Source: Bacillota bacterium (GTDB lineage: Bacteria > Bacillota > Bacilli > Bacillales > Bacillaceae_B). Taken from it: a stretch of DNA of 64,000 nt. The notes beneath the pieces were generated by a model. The model saw only the letters and a program-made list of their open reading frames with translations. It was not told where the DNA came from and ran no database searches. The position numbers and the translations under genes were made by a program. Location: the NCBI GenBank assembly GCA_051750565.1, contig JBNJJV010000007.1, positions 98,901 through 162,900 of the forward strand. Direction: 5' to 3'. Positions 45,810 to 54,897 of this stretch are shown here, in pieces; the stretch's first letter is position 1, and each line of letters begins with the position of its first letter.

Positions 45810-46817
45810 TTATATTGTTTTTGGTAGATCTGCCATAATTCGCTTCTTTTTCTCAAACGTGGCAATCTTTCTAACTCCCATACTCTTCAAATCAGACATG
45901 CTCTCATGAACATAAGCTCCTATGTTCTCTGGAAAGTGAGCATCTGATGATAGAGTAAAAGGAACGCCATGCTCTACTAAAATAGATGTGAATGGTTGAC
46001 TAGGACACTTTTCTTTGACCGGAAAGCGGTAGTATAATCCGGAATTCATTTCAGTCGCTACATCATGATCCCTTAAGGCTCTCGCTACTGATTGGTAATG
46101 AGGAATAAGATCCGCTTCATCCGGTCGATGGCCAAAGACCTTCAAATTATCAAGATGTGACATGTATTGAAACAATCCCGTTTTAATCCCTTTCTCAATC
46201 GTCTGATAGAATTGTGAATACAATGTCTTAAGATCATATTGAAGGAATAACCCATTTGCAGACGGGTTATCAAAACCCCAGCCATTAAGGAAGTGCACAG
46301 AGCCGCTGATAAAATCACAGTCAATTGGCTGAATGAAACTAGCCAAATCCTGCTCCCCACCATCAAAATAGTCAGCTTCTATCCCGACTCTTAGCCTGAC
46401 CCCTTTTTCTTCCCATTTCTTCTTCGCTCTTTCAGTTGCGTAAAGAAACTCATCTACTCCCTCTGTCATGACTTGATCTAACCACTTTGTTTGAAGCTTC
46501 CCAAGTTCTGAGGAACCAAGATCGATATGGTGTTCAAAATATCCTCGCATTTCTTTAAATCGATATAAGTGCTCCACAATTCCCACTTCTTTAAGACCTT
46601 TCTCAATGGCCGCTTGTAAATATAGATCCAGCCATTGTTCATCATACGATCCCTTTTGAACCCGATTGAGCATAAGCCTCAATGTATGTTCGAGCCATTC
46701 TTTGGAATGAGTTTGATCATGGACTTGTTTCAGCATTTCATAGGATAGATAGGTCCTTTTCATCCAGTTGAATGAATAAGGACCTTCTTCTAAATGCACA
46801 TGGTAATCGCAATACAA
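45810..46817 (-). CDS. PHP-domain phosphoesterase (HisJ histidinol-phosphatase-like)
   Basis: MYCDYHVHLEEGPYS... and GSVHF.. and SSDAHFPENIG are PHP metal-ligand motifs. Confidence 0.75.
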   Translation of the reverse strand: MYCDYHVHLEEGPYSFNWMKRTYLSYEMLKQVHDQTHSKEWLEHTLRLMLNRVQKGSYDEQWLDLYLQAAIEKGLKEVGIVEHLYRFKEMRGYFEHHIDLGSSELGKLQTKWLDQVMTEGVDEFLYATERAKKKWEEKGVRLRVGIEADYFDGGEQDLASFIQPIDCDFISGSVHFLNGWGFDNPSANGLFLQYDLKTLYSQFYQTIEKGIKTGLFQYMSHLDNLKVFGHRPDEADLIPHYQSVARALRDHDVATEMNSGLYYRFPVKEKCPSQPFTSILVEHGVPFTLSSDAHFPENIGAYVHESMSDLKSMGVRKIATFEKKKRIMADLPKTI

Positions 46818-46936
46818 TGGTTAAACCTCCAGTACGTTTTAGGTAATACTTTTTATTCAATTAACTTCTTTTTCTTGTAGGGATCTATATTCATTAACAC
46901 GCAGCCCTTTCATAATCAAGGCTGATGAACGACCTA

Positions 46937-47689
46937 TTAAGACGTTTTCTTCATACGAATTACATTGTCATCTTCTGATTGTCTTTTATTTCTCTTTTTA
47001 TACACGATCTTTGATAAAGTCACGCTGCATTCATATAGGACCAAAAGCGGCACGATCACCAAGATATCGGATATAAGATCCGGTGGAGTGATGAATATGG
47101 CGATAACCGTCAAGACAAAGTAAGACATCTTTCTCGCTTTGGACAACAGCATGGGATTGATGATCCCTATTGACGTCAGAAACATGACAATGAGTGGGAT
47201 CTCAAATAAAAACCCAAATGGCAATGTCAGATTAATCATGAATTTAAAATATTTTTCTGCCGTGAACATCGTTTCAAATTGTCCATTAGATAAGGTCAAT
47301 AAAAAAGTGAGGACGGTTGGATACACCACAAAGTATCCGAAGCTAAGTCCAGTGATAAATAATGAAAACAATCCCGGTATATACGCTAACGTGGTTTTTC
47401 TTTCTTTATCCGTCAGTCCCGGTTTCACAAACAGCCACGTTTGATGGGCCGCAATCGGAATCGTCAGCGCCATGGCACAAACGCCTGAAATCATGAAATA
47501 CACCCAAAGAATCTCACTTGGCCCCAATACAGCCAATTCCTTATCTAGATCTCGAATAAGCCACTTGTACATGTCCTGAATGAAGATAAAGGAACCAACA
47601 AGAAAAGTAAGAAAAGAGAGTAATGTGAAGATGATACGCTTTCTCAGCTCTCCCAGATGGTTTACAAGTGTTTGCCCTCCAGTACTCAT
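46937..47689 (-). CDS. tatC: Twin-arginine translocase subunit TatC
   Basis: MSTGGQTLVNHLGELRKRIIFTLLSFLTFLVGSFIF...; 6 TM. Confidence 0.88.
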   Translation of the reverse strand: MSTGGQTLVNHLGELRKRIIFTLLSFLTFLVGSFIFIQDMYKWLIRDLDKELAVLGPSEILWVYFMISGVCAMALTIPIAAHQTWLFVKPGLTDKERKTTLAYIPGLFSLFITGLSFGYFVVYPTVLTFLLTLSNGQFETMFTAEKYFKFMINLTLPFGFLFEIPLIVMFLTSIGIINPMLLSKARKMSYFVLTVIAIFITPPDLISDILVIVPLLVLYECSVTLSKIVYKKRNKRQSEDDNVIRMKKTS

Positions 47690-47774
47690 ACAGATACAAC
47701 CTTCTTTCTTATAAAAATAAGAAAGCCAACTCAAGAAAGGTAAAGCTTTCTAACTTGAGTCAGCCTCTAATCAC

Positions 47775-47951
47775 TTACTTGGTACGTTCCTCTTCCTTTT
47801 CATCTGTCATAAGGTCCTTAGCTGAGTTTTTAAACTCTCTTAATGTATGACCAAATGCTCTGCCGATTTCAGGTAACTTGGATGGCCCAAAAATGATCAA
47901 AGCGATGACCAGAATCAGGATCAGACCGGGAACCCCTATATTTTGCAACAT
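47775..47951 (-). CDS. tatA: Twin-arginine translocase subunit TatA/E (58 aa, below the ORF-track cutoff)
   Basis: GGAGGAAAACAT-ATG(47951): [58 protein letters not shown]. Confidence 0.85.
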   Translation of the reverse strand: MLQNIGVPGLILILVIALIIFGPSKLPEIGRAFGHTLREFKNSAKDLMTDEKEEERTK

Positions 47952-47982
47952 ATGTTTTCCTCCATTTTTACGTATTTGTCTA

Positions 47983-49188
47983 TTATGCTTTTACTTTTTC
48001 TTTTTCATTTAGTGGAAGTGGATCAATGCTCTGATCATTGGCAGTCAAATCAATTCCGTAATCTTTCGCGAATACCATATGAGTATCAACAAGAACTCCC
48101 TCTTTGTTTTCATCTAAATGAAATACTCTTGCTCCACGCAATCTGTTTCGATCTGCCCCTGGTAATCCATAAGTGCCAAACCCTGTATTCCCGGCATACC
48201 CAAGCATGATGCCATAGTAGTTTCCGCAATAGGTGTTGATATGATCATGGCCACAGAAGACACCTTTTACATCTCCTCTATCCAGCATCGCAGTAAATAA
48301 GCCACTATTGATTGGTCCCGGACATTCTGCTTCATTTCTTTCCCCTACAATTCCATGTCTTTTCACTGCAAGTTCGTGGCTTGGGGATGTTCTGCTATCA
48401 ACACTTCCATGCCACATGAAACGGTGTTCCCATAAAGGGATATGAATGAAAACAAGGGACGGTACTTTATACCCGTATTTCTTTTCAATACTTTTTGATT
48501 CTTCATAATACCAATTGACTTGATTAAAACGAAGCCAGTCCCAATGGGGGTATCCATCAAAATTCTGTCCGGCGATTTGTGAAGGAGCATATCTGCCGCT
48601 ATCCAGTAACCAAAGGTTGAATGCTGCTTTATTTCCCTTGGAACGTTTAATAAGGAGATTCATATTTCCGGTTCCCGTCAGACCTTTTTCTCCCGGTTCA
48701 TTCATATTGCATGGATAGTTCATATAGAACTTGAGCATATCCTCTTCATACATCCCGCTTTTCGCTGAAGAGTCTTCATCGTGGTTTCCGAATGTGACAG
48801 CCCACTTAATTTTTCTTTCTTCCATCGGGGATGCTACATTATTCAAGGCTTGTTTCATTTCTAATTCCGTATCACAGCCTCCAGTAATACAATCACCATT
48901 AATCACAACGAAATCTGGTTTCTCTGAATCCAGCACTTTTTCCATGAGCTCAATCGTTCTGCGATCGATACGCTCGTCGTCCTGAGTATCATTAAATTGG
49001 ACAACCTTAAACTTTCCATCGGAGTTAAATTGGAGTTTTGTTGGCTTATGTTTTTTCGCCTCCGCAGTGTTGGTTAGCAAATCCCCCGGTAAACCTGCTG
49101 TAGCAAGCGATAAAGCAATTGTGCTCATTCCACCGATTTTCAAGAAGCTTCTTCTGTCTAACTCTTCGTTCTGATCCTTATGCCTCAT
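47983..49188 (-). CDS. Tat-signal calcineurin-like metallophosphoesterase
   Basis: The signal is [32 protein letters not shown] (RRxFLK). The motifs GDCITGG, GNHD and GHDH are present. Confidence 0.8.
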   Translation of the reverse strand: MRHKDQNEELDRRSFLKIGGMSTIALSLATAGLPGDLLTNTAEAKKHKPTKLQFNSDGKFKVVQFNDTQDDERIDRRTIELMEKVLDSEKPDFVVINGDCITGGCDTELEMKQALNNVASPMEERKIKWAVTFGNHDEDSSAKSGMYEEDMLKFYMNYPCNMNEPGEKGLTGTGNMNLLIKRSKGNKAAFNLWLLDSGRYAPSQIAGQNFDGYPHWDWLRFNQVNWYYEESKSIEKKYGYKVPSLVFIHIPLWEHRFMWHGSVDSRTSPSHELAVKRHGIVGERNEAECPGPINSGLFTAMLDRGDVKGVFCGHDHINTYCGNYYGIMLGYAGNTGFGTYGLPGADRNRLRGARVFHLDENKEGVLVDTHMVFAKDYGIDLTANDQSIDPLPLNEKEKVKA

Positions 49189-49559
49189 AACACCCTACCT
49201 CCATGATCATTGTTTGTTTTAGTCGGGAGTCTTTCATTCCTCCTGCTCTACTTCTTCATCCTAAGACATAATTATTGAAAGACTATTAAAGACGTTAGGA
49301 GAAAAAGTAAACAAAACACAGAAAACAAATGAAAACAAAATTCCCGTTTAAACGACAAAAACCCCTATTTACTCGACTCCCCTTCGTACTCTAGTAAAAG
49401 AAATAGACAAAAACGCATAAGAAATTGATTTGTTTTCCTTGTTACTTTTGATTAATTTACAAAAGTTAATAATTTCGTAGCATACATTTCATAATCACTT
49501 TTTATAATTGGCTAAAATGTAAGCAATGAAGAAATTGGGGGAAAGGGGAGAAATATCCC

Positions 49560-50330
49560 GTGATGACAGAAAGACAAAAATCAATCGTACGAGAGTTAGA
49601 GATAAAAAATAAGGTCAGCGTGGCAAATTTATCAAAAAAGTTAAAGGTAACCCCAGAAACGATTCGAAAGGATTTAATCCTCCTGGAACAAAAGAAGAAA
49701 TTACGGAGAATTCACGGGGGAGCGATTCCGTACTATGGTTTAATAAAAGAACCTCATTTCAATAAAAAAATTGGAATCTCTCATGATCAAAAAAAGCGAA
49801 TCGGGGAAGTTGCTTCTACATTTATTACTGATGGAGAAACGATCGCTCTGGATGTTGGTTCAACCACCTTGCATATCGCCAGCTCGATAAAGGATGTTCA
49901 AAATGTAACGATTGTGACTAACTCTTTAGCTGCGGCAGACATTCTGAACACACGATTGGAAAACCATCTATTTGATGGAAATGTCATTGTACTGGGTGGA
50001 GCAACGAATCCATTGCAACGTTCAGTAAGCGGCTCGTTAACGAATATATTATTAGAGAATTTTTATTTCGACAAAGCCTTCATATCTTGTGGTGGAATTA
50101 ATAAAGAGGGAATATGTGATTTTAATATTGATGAAGCTGCTGCATCTTCCATAATGATCAAGAAAACAAGGAAAGTGTTTGTTGTTTCGGATTCATCCAA
50201 GTTGAATCAAAATGCTCTGTTTCACATCGGATCATTCTCATCGATTGATTGTGTGATATCGGATGTTTCTATACCTAAAGAATGGATGAAAGATTCAATG
50301 ATTAATAAGGTTGAATGGATAAAAGTTTGA
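49560..50330 (+). CDS. DeoR-family transcriptional regulator
   Basis: MMTERQKSIVRELEIKNKVSVANLSKKLKVTPETIRKDLILLE... plus a DeoR C-terminal domain. Confidence 0.85.
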   Translation: MMTERQKSIVRELEIKNKVSVANLSKKLKVTPETIRKDLILLEQKKKLRRIHGGAIPYYGLIKEPHFNKKIGISHDQKKRIGEVASTFITDGETIALDVGSTTLHIASSIKDVQNVTIVTNSLAAADILNTRLENHLFDGNVIVLGGATNPLQRSVSGSLTNILLENFYFDKAFISCGGINKEGICDFNIDEAAASSIMIKKTRKVFVVSDSSKLNQNALFHIGSFSSIDCVISDVSIPKEWMKDSMINKVEWIKV

Positions 50331-50441
50331 ACCTACAGGACTTCCATACCCAACTCCTGTTGAAGAACCCCTTTTAGAACAACCATTATCATGTGAAATA
50401 TTGGTATCTTTTATTATTCGTATACCTTATCAAGAGCCATA

Positions 50442-50453
50442 GGTCCGTCCCTC
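50442..50453 (-). repeat. Single arm GGTCCGTCCCTC
   Basis: Exact 12-mer with no partner nearby. Confidence 0.9.
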
Positions 50454-50520
50454 AACGCGTTAGTGTATGATAGAATTAATTTAGAGTAATTGATTTTTGT
50501 TTGCTTGGAGGTTGTTTAGG

Positions 50521-52125
50521 ATGCGGCTTTATATGACAGATAAAGTGGAACGTGCGATTGAGTTATTCTCTCAATCAGAGGTGGATGCTCTTGAGGTAGT
50601 GAATCATGAGGAAGAGATTGTAGGAATTCTTACACTAGAAGAATTAGGTACGATTTTTCATGATGGCCATTTAGGTGGTATGGTCGGTGAAATTTTCCAA
50701 AAAAGCATGTCACATCCATCTCCTCTTCAAGAACAAAAACGGAAGAAAAACCAATATAGTGATTTACTAGAGAGTCATGTTTTTAACGATATAATCAATT
50801 CCCTTTATGATGGGGTCTTCATTACAGATGGATATGGTATTACAGTCAAGGTAAACAAATCCTATGAAAGAATAGCGGACCTGAAATCCGAGCAACTAAT
50901 CGGCTATCATATGGAAGAGCTCATTAAGGCTGGATATATATCCAAATCTGCCTCCATCCAGGTCTTGAAAGAAAAAAGACCGATAACATTGATGCAGTCC
51001 ATTCACAACGGAAGAAAAATCATCGTGTCCGGTACACCGATTTTTAATGAGGAAGATGAAATTTTATATGTTGTAAACAGTGTTCGTGATATCACCGAAC
51101 TATTAAAATTAAAGCTACAAATTGATGAGTTGCAAGAACTAAAGAATCTCCGCCAAAGTTCGAATGCCACGTTTTCTAATGAAGCAGAGAAGTCCTCCAT
51201 CTATTCCAGTGAAAGGATGAAGAAGGTTTTCACCACCATTGATCGAGTAGCCAAAACCGATGTAAAAGTTCTCTTACAGGGGGAAACCGGTGTTGGGAAA
51301 ACGATGATTGCAAAATACATACACGAGCATTCGAAACGTTCGACCGGTAGTTTTCTAGAGCTTAACTGCGGAGCCTTCCCTCCAAGTTTAATAGAGGCAG
51401 AATTATTCGGCTATGAATCAGGTTCTTTCACCGGTGCTTTATCTAAAGGGAAAAAAGGATTGCTGGAAGTGGCGGATAATGGCACGTTATTCCTTGATGA
51501 AATTGGGGATCTTCCTTTGGAGCTTCAAGTAAAACTACTAAAGGTCATTGAAGATCAAGCGTTCATCCCCATTGGTTCATCAAAACTCAAACAAATTAAT
51601 GTTCGCATTATCGCTGCTTCCCATAAAAACATTAAGAACTTAGTGGACATAGGGGAATTTCGCGAAGACTTATATTACCGTTTAAACGTCGTTCCAGTTC
51701 AAATCCCTTCCCTCCGTCAGCGTCGCGAAGAAATCATTCCGCTTTCTCAACACTTTTTACAAAGCTTCAATGATGAATATGGATCAAGCAAAGTGATGAG
51801 CATTGAGGCATTGGATTGTTTACATGAATATGATTGGCCTGGGAATATTAGAGAATTAAAAAATTTGATAGAGCGCTTAGTCGTTATCACTCCTTCAGAA
51901 ACAATCGGACGTGAAGATCTACCACCTGAATTAAGTGAAGCCACCAAGAAACCAGGCTCACTTTATGAAGGAGAAATTCTTCCTTTAAAAGAGGCCGTGG
52001 ATCGAGTAGAGAAACAATTGATCACCAATGCAATACGAAAATATAAAACAACGAGAAAAGCAGCAGAAATTCTCGAAGTCAGCCAATCCACGATTGTCCA
52101 AAAAATGAAGAAATGGGAGCTTTGA
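50521..52125 (+). CDS. Sigma-54-dependent transcriptional activator (N-terminal sensor + PAS + AAA+ + Fis HTH)
   Basis: Walker A is GETGVGKT, the GAFTGA-type loop is ESGSFTGA, GTLFLDEIG is present, and the C-terminal HTH is RKAAEILEVSQSTIVQKMKKW. ATG 50521 follows GGAGG. Confidence 0.88.
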   Translation: MRLYMTDKVERAIELFSQSEVDALEVVNHEEEIVGILTLEELGTIFHDGHLGGMVGEIFQKSMSHPSPLQEQKRKKNQYSDLLESHVFNDIINSLYDGVFITDGYGITVKVNKSYERIADLKSEQLIGYHMEELIKAGYISKSASIQVLKEKRPITLMQSIHNGRKIIVSGTPIFNEEDEILYVVNSVRDITELLKLKLQIDELQELKNLRQSSNATFSNEAEKSSIYSSERMKKVFTTIDRVAKTDVKVLLQGETGVGKTMIAKYIHEHSKRSTGSFLELNCGAFPPSLIEAELFGYESGSFTGALSKGKKGLLEVADNGTLFLDEIGDLPLELQVKLLKVIEDQAFIPIGSSKLKQINVRIIAASHKNIKNLVDIGEFREDLYYRLNVVPVQIPSLRQRREEIIPLSQHFLQSFNDEYGSSKVMSIEALDCLHEYDWPGNIRELKNLIERLVVITPSETIGREDLPPELSEATKKPGSLYEGEILPLKEAVDRVEKQLITNAIRKYKTTRKAAEILEVSQSTIVQKMKKWEL

Positions 52126-52155
52126 TTACTTCTTGAATCAAAGCTCCCATTTTTG
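52113..52155 (+). terminator. Terminator of the activator gene
   Basis: ATGGGAGCTTTGATT-acttcttg-AATCAAAGCTCCCAT is followed by T5 and overlaps the stop codon. Confidence 0.8.
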
Positions 52156-52234
52156 ATTATTTTTCTAATCGGATTTGACTATTTTTTGACACCCTCTCAC
52201 GTGTCCCTCCTTCTATTCCCACTTTTCAGAAAGT

Positions 52235-52250
52235 TGGCACAGAACTTGCA
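52235..52250 (+). promoter_or_regulatory. Sigma-54 (-24/-12) promoter TGGCAC-N5-TTGCA
   Basis: TGGCAC (52235-40), agaac, TTGCA (52246-50). This matches the consensus exactly and lies 38 nt upstream of ATG 52288. Confidence 0.85.
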
Positions 52251-52287
52251 TCCTTTTTTATATAAGAATCGAAAGGAGATACTTTTC

Positions 52288-53436
52288 ATGACAATCTCAA
52301 CTTTTAAAATTGCAAATAAATTGGTGACAGGAAAAGGGGCAACAGAAGTTTTACCCGACGAAATCAAGCGCCTTCAAATTCAAAACCCACTAATCGTCAC
52401 AGATGAAATCCTCCAAAAAGTCGGGGTGGTAGATCAAATCATACCCTTTTTGAAAGGGCTTACTTACGGAATATTCACAGGTGTTAAACCTGATCCTGAG
52501 CTTTCTATTGTGGAAGATTGCACGAAAGTATTCATCGAAGGGAATCATGATGGCTTGATTGCTATAGGCGGTGGAAGTGCAATTGATATCGCAAAAAGTG
52601 TGTCTGTATACGCTGGTTTTGATGGCAGCCTGTCAGAACTCATCGGTACAGACCTTGTTCCACAAAAGGGCGCACCTATCATTACACTCCCGACAACTGC
52701 AGGAACAGGTTCAGAAGTAACGAATATATCGATCCTTTCTGACAAAGAAGCTCAGCTCAAAAAAGGAATCGTGAGTGACTATCTGCTTCCTGATGTGGCG
52801 ATTGTCGCACCGGAAATGACGCTGACCATGCCGCCTTCAGTCACAGCAGCAAGCGGTGTGGACGCATTGGTACATGCCATTGAAGCATATATCTCGGTTC
52901 ATGCTTCACCCATAACAGATGCCTTGGCCATTTATTCGATACGAATGATTTCAGAGAACCTGCCAAAAGCATACGCCAATCCTAGCCATGTGGATGCCCG
53001 TGAAAAAATGGCGACTGCAAGCTTAATGGCCGGTATGGCTTTTGGTAATGCTGGAGTCGGTGCCGTTCACGCTCTCGCCTATCCTTTAGGCGGCCGCTAT
53101 CATATTCCTCATGGAGTCAGTAATGCTCTCTTGCTTCCATATGTCATGGAATGGAATAAAATTGCCTGTATGGAGCGCTTCAGGGACATTGCGGCAGCAC
53201 TAGGCGAAAACGTTCGCTCCTTATCGGACGCAGAAGCAGCAGATAAAGCCGTGAATTCCATGAAGCGATTATGCACCGCAGTCAATATCCCGACTGGATT
53301 ACGCTCCTTTGATATCCCGGAAACGGCACTTTCTGATATGGCTGAAGATGCAAGCAAGATTGAAAGACTATTAAACAATAACCCACGTCAGTTAAACAAA
53401 AGTGAAATTGAACAAATCTATCAATCTGCTTATTAA
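52288..53436 (+). CDS. Iron-containing (group III) alcohol dehydrogenase, 4-hydroxybutyrate dehydrogenase-like
   Basis: MTISTFKIANKLVTGKGA...GGGSAIDIAK...TTAGTGSE...H..E...H. ATG 52288 follows AAAGGAG. The ORF-track start 52153 would swallow the sigma-54 promoter. Confidence 0.85.
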   Translation: MTISTFKIANKLVTGKGATEVLPDEIKRLQIQNPLIVTDEILQKVGVVDQIIPFLKGLTYGIFTGVKPDPELSIVEDCTKVFIEGNHDGLIAIGGGSAIDIAKSVSVYAGFDGSLSELIGTDLVPQKGAPIITLPTTAGTGSEVTNISILSDKEAQLKKGIVSDYLLPDVAIVAPEMTLTMPPSVTAASGVDALVHAIEAYISVHASPITDALAIYSIRMISENLPKAYANPSHVDAREKMATASLMAGMAFGNAGVGAVHALAYPLGGRYHIPHGVSNALLLPYVMEWNKIACMERFRDIAAALGENVRSLSDAEAADKAVNSMKRLCTAVNIPTGLRSFDIPETALSDMAEDASKIERLLNNNPRQLNKSEIEQIYQSAY

Positions 53437-53487
53437 TATAAAGGATTTCAGTTCATTGTTATCAAATTAAGAAAAGGGGTATATAGG

Positions 53488-54876
53488 ATGTGGAGAAATC
53501 GAAAAGATGGTGAGGAATCACCATATATTCCAATGGGACCTTTTAAATTAAGACTCCCGTTTATTCACTACAAATTTGAATGGCCGGATTATGTCCAAGG
53601 TTTGCTAATGTGTGCAGTAGATTTAGCTGCGATTCCATTAATGATTGAACTTCTGGGCATGCCTTTTGAAGTCGCATTAGCCGTTGTACTGTTGAATGGA
53701 ATTCTCTATTTAACTCATCACTTACTCGGCGATCCCGTCGTTCCCGGATGGATCACACCAGCGATTCCATTAATCATGGCTTATGTATCAGCATTCCCAG
53801 AAGGACCGGAACGTGTGCATGCACTAGTCGCCTTCCAGCTTACACTCGGCTTACTTTCCATCCTGTTAGGGGTGACAGGATTAGCGAAAAAAGTCGTTAC
53901 ATTCGTTCCCCCGGCGATTAAATCCGGGGTAATCTTAGGAGCAGGATTTGCAGCAATCATTTCTGTCTTCCAGGTTGGTGGACGTTTCGAAAGCTTTCCA
54001 TGGACCATTTCCATAGCGGTAGGGATTGCCTTTTATATTATATTCTCTCAACATTTCAATCAACTGAAAGCCAAAAGTGCACTATGGGGACTTATTGGAA
54101 AACTGGGAATCTTTCCGATTATTATTCTCGCTGTTATCATCGCACCTCTCTTTGGAGAAGCACCTTGGCCAACGATTGAGTGGGGGCTCATTAATCCTGA
54201 CTTCGGTACACTTTGGAGTGAATACACCATCTTTGGGCTCGGTTTCCCTCCGGCAATGCTATTTGTAACGGCCTTGCCTACTGTATTAGCCGCTTATATC
54301 GTCCTATTCGGAGACGTTTTACAAAGTAAAGCGCTTATCGATGAAGCGGACCTTGTGCGCCGTGATGAAAAGATCGATTACAATCCGAATCGTGCCCATA
54401 TGGTCTTCGGTGGACGTAACACCATTATGAGTATACTTGGTCCTGATGTCACAATGGCAGGTCCACTATGGGCAGCCATGCAAGTTGTCGTAATTGAACG
54501 GTTTAAAGAAGGTAAAAAAGCTATGCATTCTATATTTGGAGGTTCCGGATCCTTCAGATGGGGTACAAATACTGGACTCTTACTTCTCCCCATTGTAAGT
54601 TTAGTACAACCGATTCTAGGTATCGCCCTTGCCTTAACTTTGCTGATCCAAGGCTATGTAAGCGTTCGCGTAGGGATATTAGAATCCCGAAGTCACCGTG
54701 ACCTTGGCATTGCCGGAGTTATAGGGGCAGTACTCGCCACCAAAGGTGCTACTTGGGCCTTCGCAGTTGGAATTTTGTTATGCTTATTGATTTACGGTAA
54801 AAAATTCTTCATCGGTGAGAACGATGAAATTTTTACAAAAGATCTAGAAAATAAAGATGCCAAGAAAATCTCATAA
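53488..54876 (+). CDS. Polytopic permease of uncertain family
   Basis: The protein is 462 aa with about 12 hydrophobic segments. It sits in the sigma-54 operon between the ADH and ALDH genes. Confidence 0.7.
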   Translation: MWRNRKDGEESPYIPMGPFKLRLPFIHYKFEWPDYVQGLLMCAVDLAAIPLMIELLGMPFEVALAVVLLNGILYLTHHLLGDPVVPGWITPAIPLIMAYVSAFPEGPERVHALVAFQLTLGLLSILLGVTGLAKKVVTFVPPAIKSGVILGAGFAAIISVFQVGGRFESFPWTISIAVGIAFYIIFSQHFNQLKAKSALWGLIGKLGIFPIIILAVIIAPLFGEAPWPTIEWGLINPDFGTLWSEYTIFGLGFPPAMLFVTALPTVLAAYIVLFGDVLQSKALIDEADLVRRDEKIDYNPNRAHMVFGGRNTIMSILGPDVTMAGPLWAAMQVVVIERFKEGKKAMHSIFGGSGSFRWGTNTGLLLLPIVSLVQPILGIALALTLLIQGYVSVRVGILESRSHRDLGIAGVIGAVLATKGATWAFAVGILLCLLIYGKKFFIGENDEIFTKDLENKDAKKIS

Positions 54877-54897
54877 AACATTACAAGGAGGATCACT

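Noticed and set aside
49189-49559. PhoP (Pho-box) direct repeats upstream of the Tat phosphoesterase
   Set aside because: I looked for TT(A/T/C)A(C/T)A hexamers at 11-bp spacing. Only loose matches turned up (for example TTTACA-N5-TAATAA at 49456). This is not convincing without a scoring matrix.
52153-52287. N-terminal 45 codons of the ORF-track version of the alcohol dehydrogenase
   Set aside because: This stretch contains the TGGCAC-N5-TTGCA sigma-54 promoter. The real start, ATG 52288, has an AAAGGAG RBS and gives the canonical Fe-ADH N-terminus.
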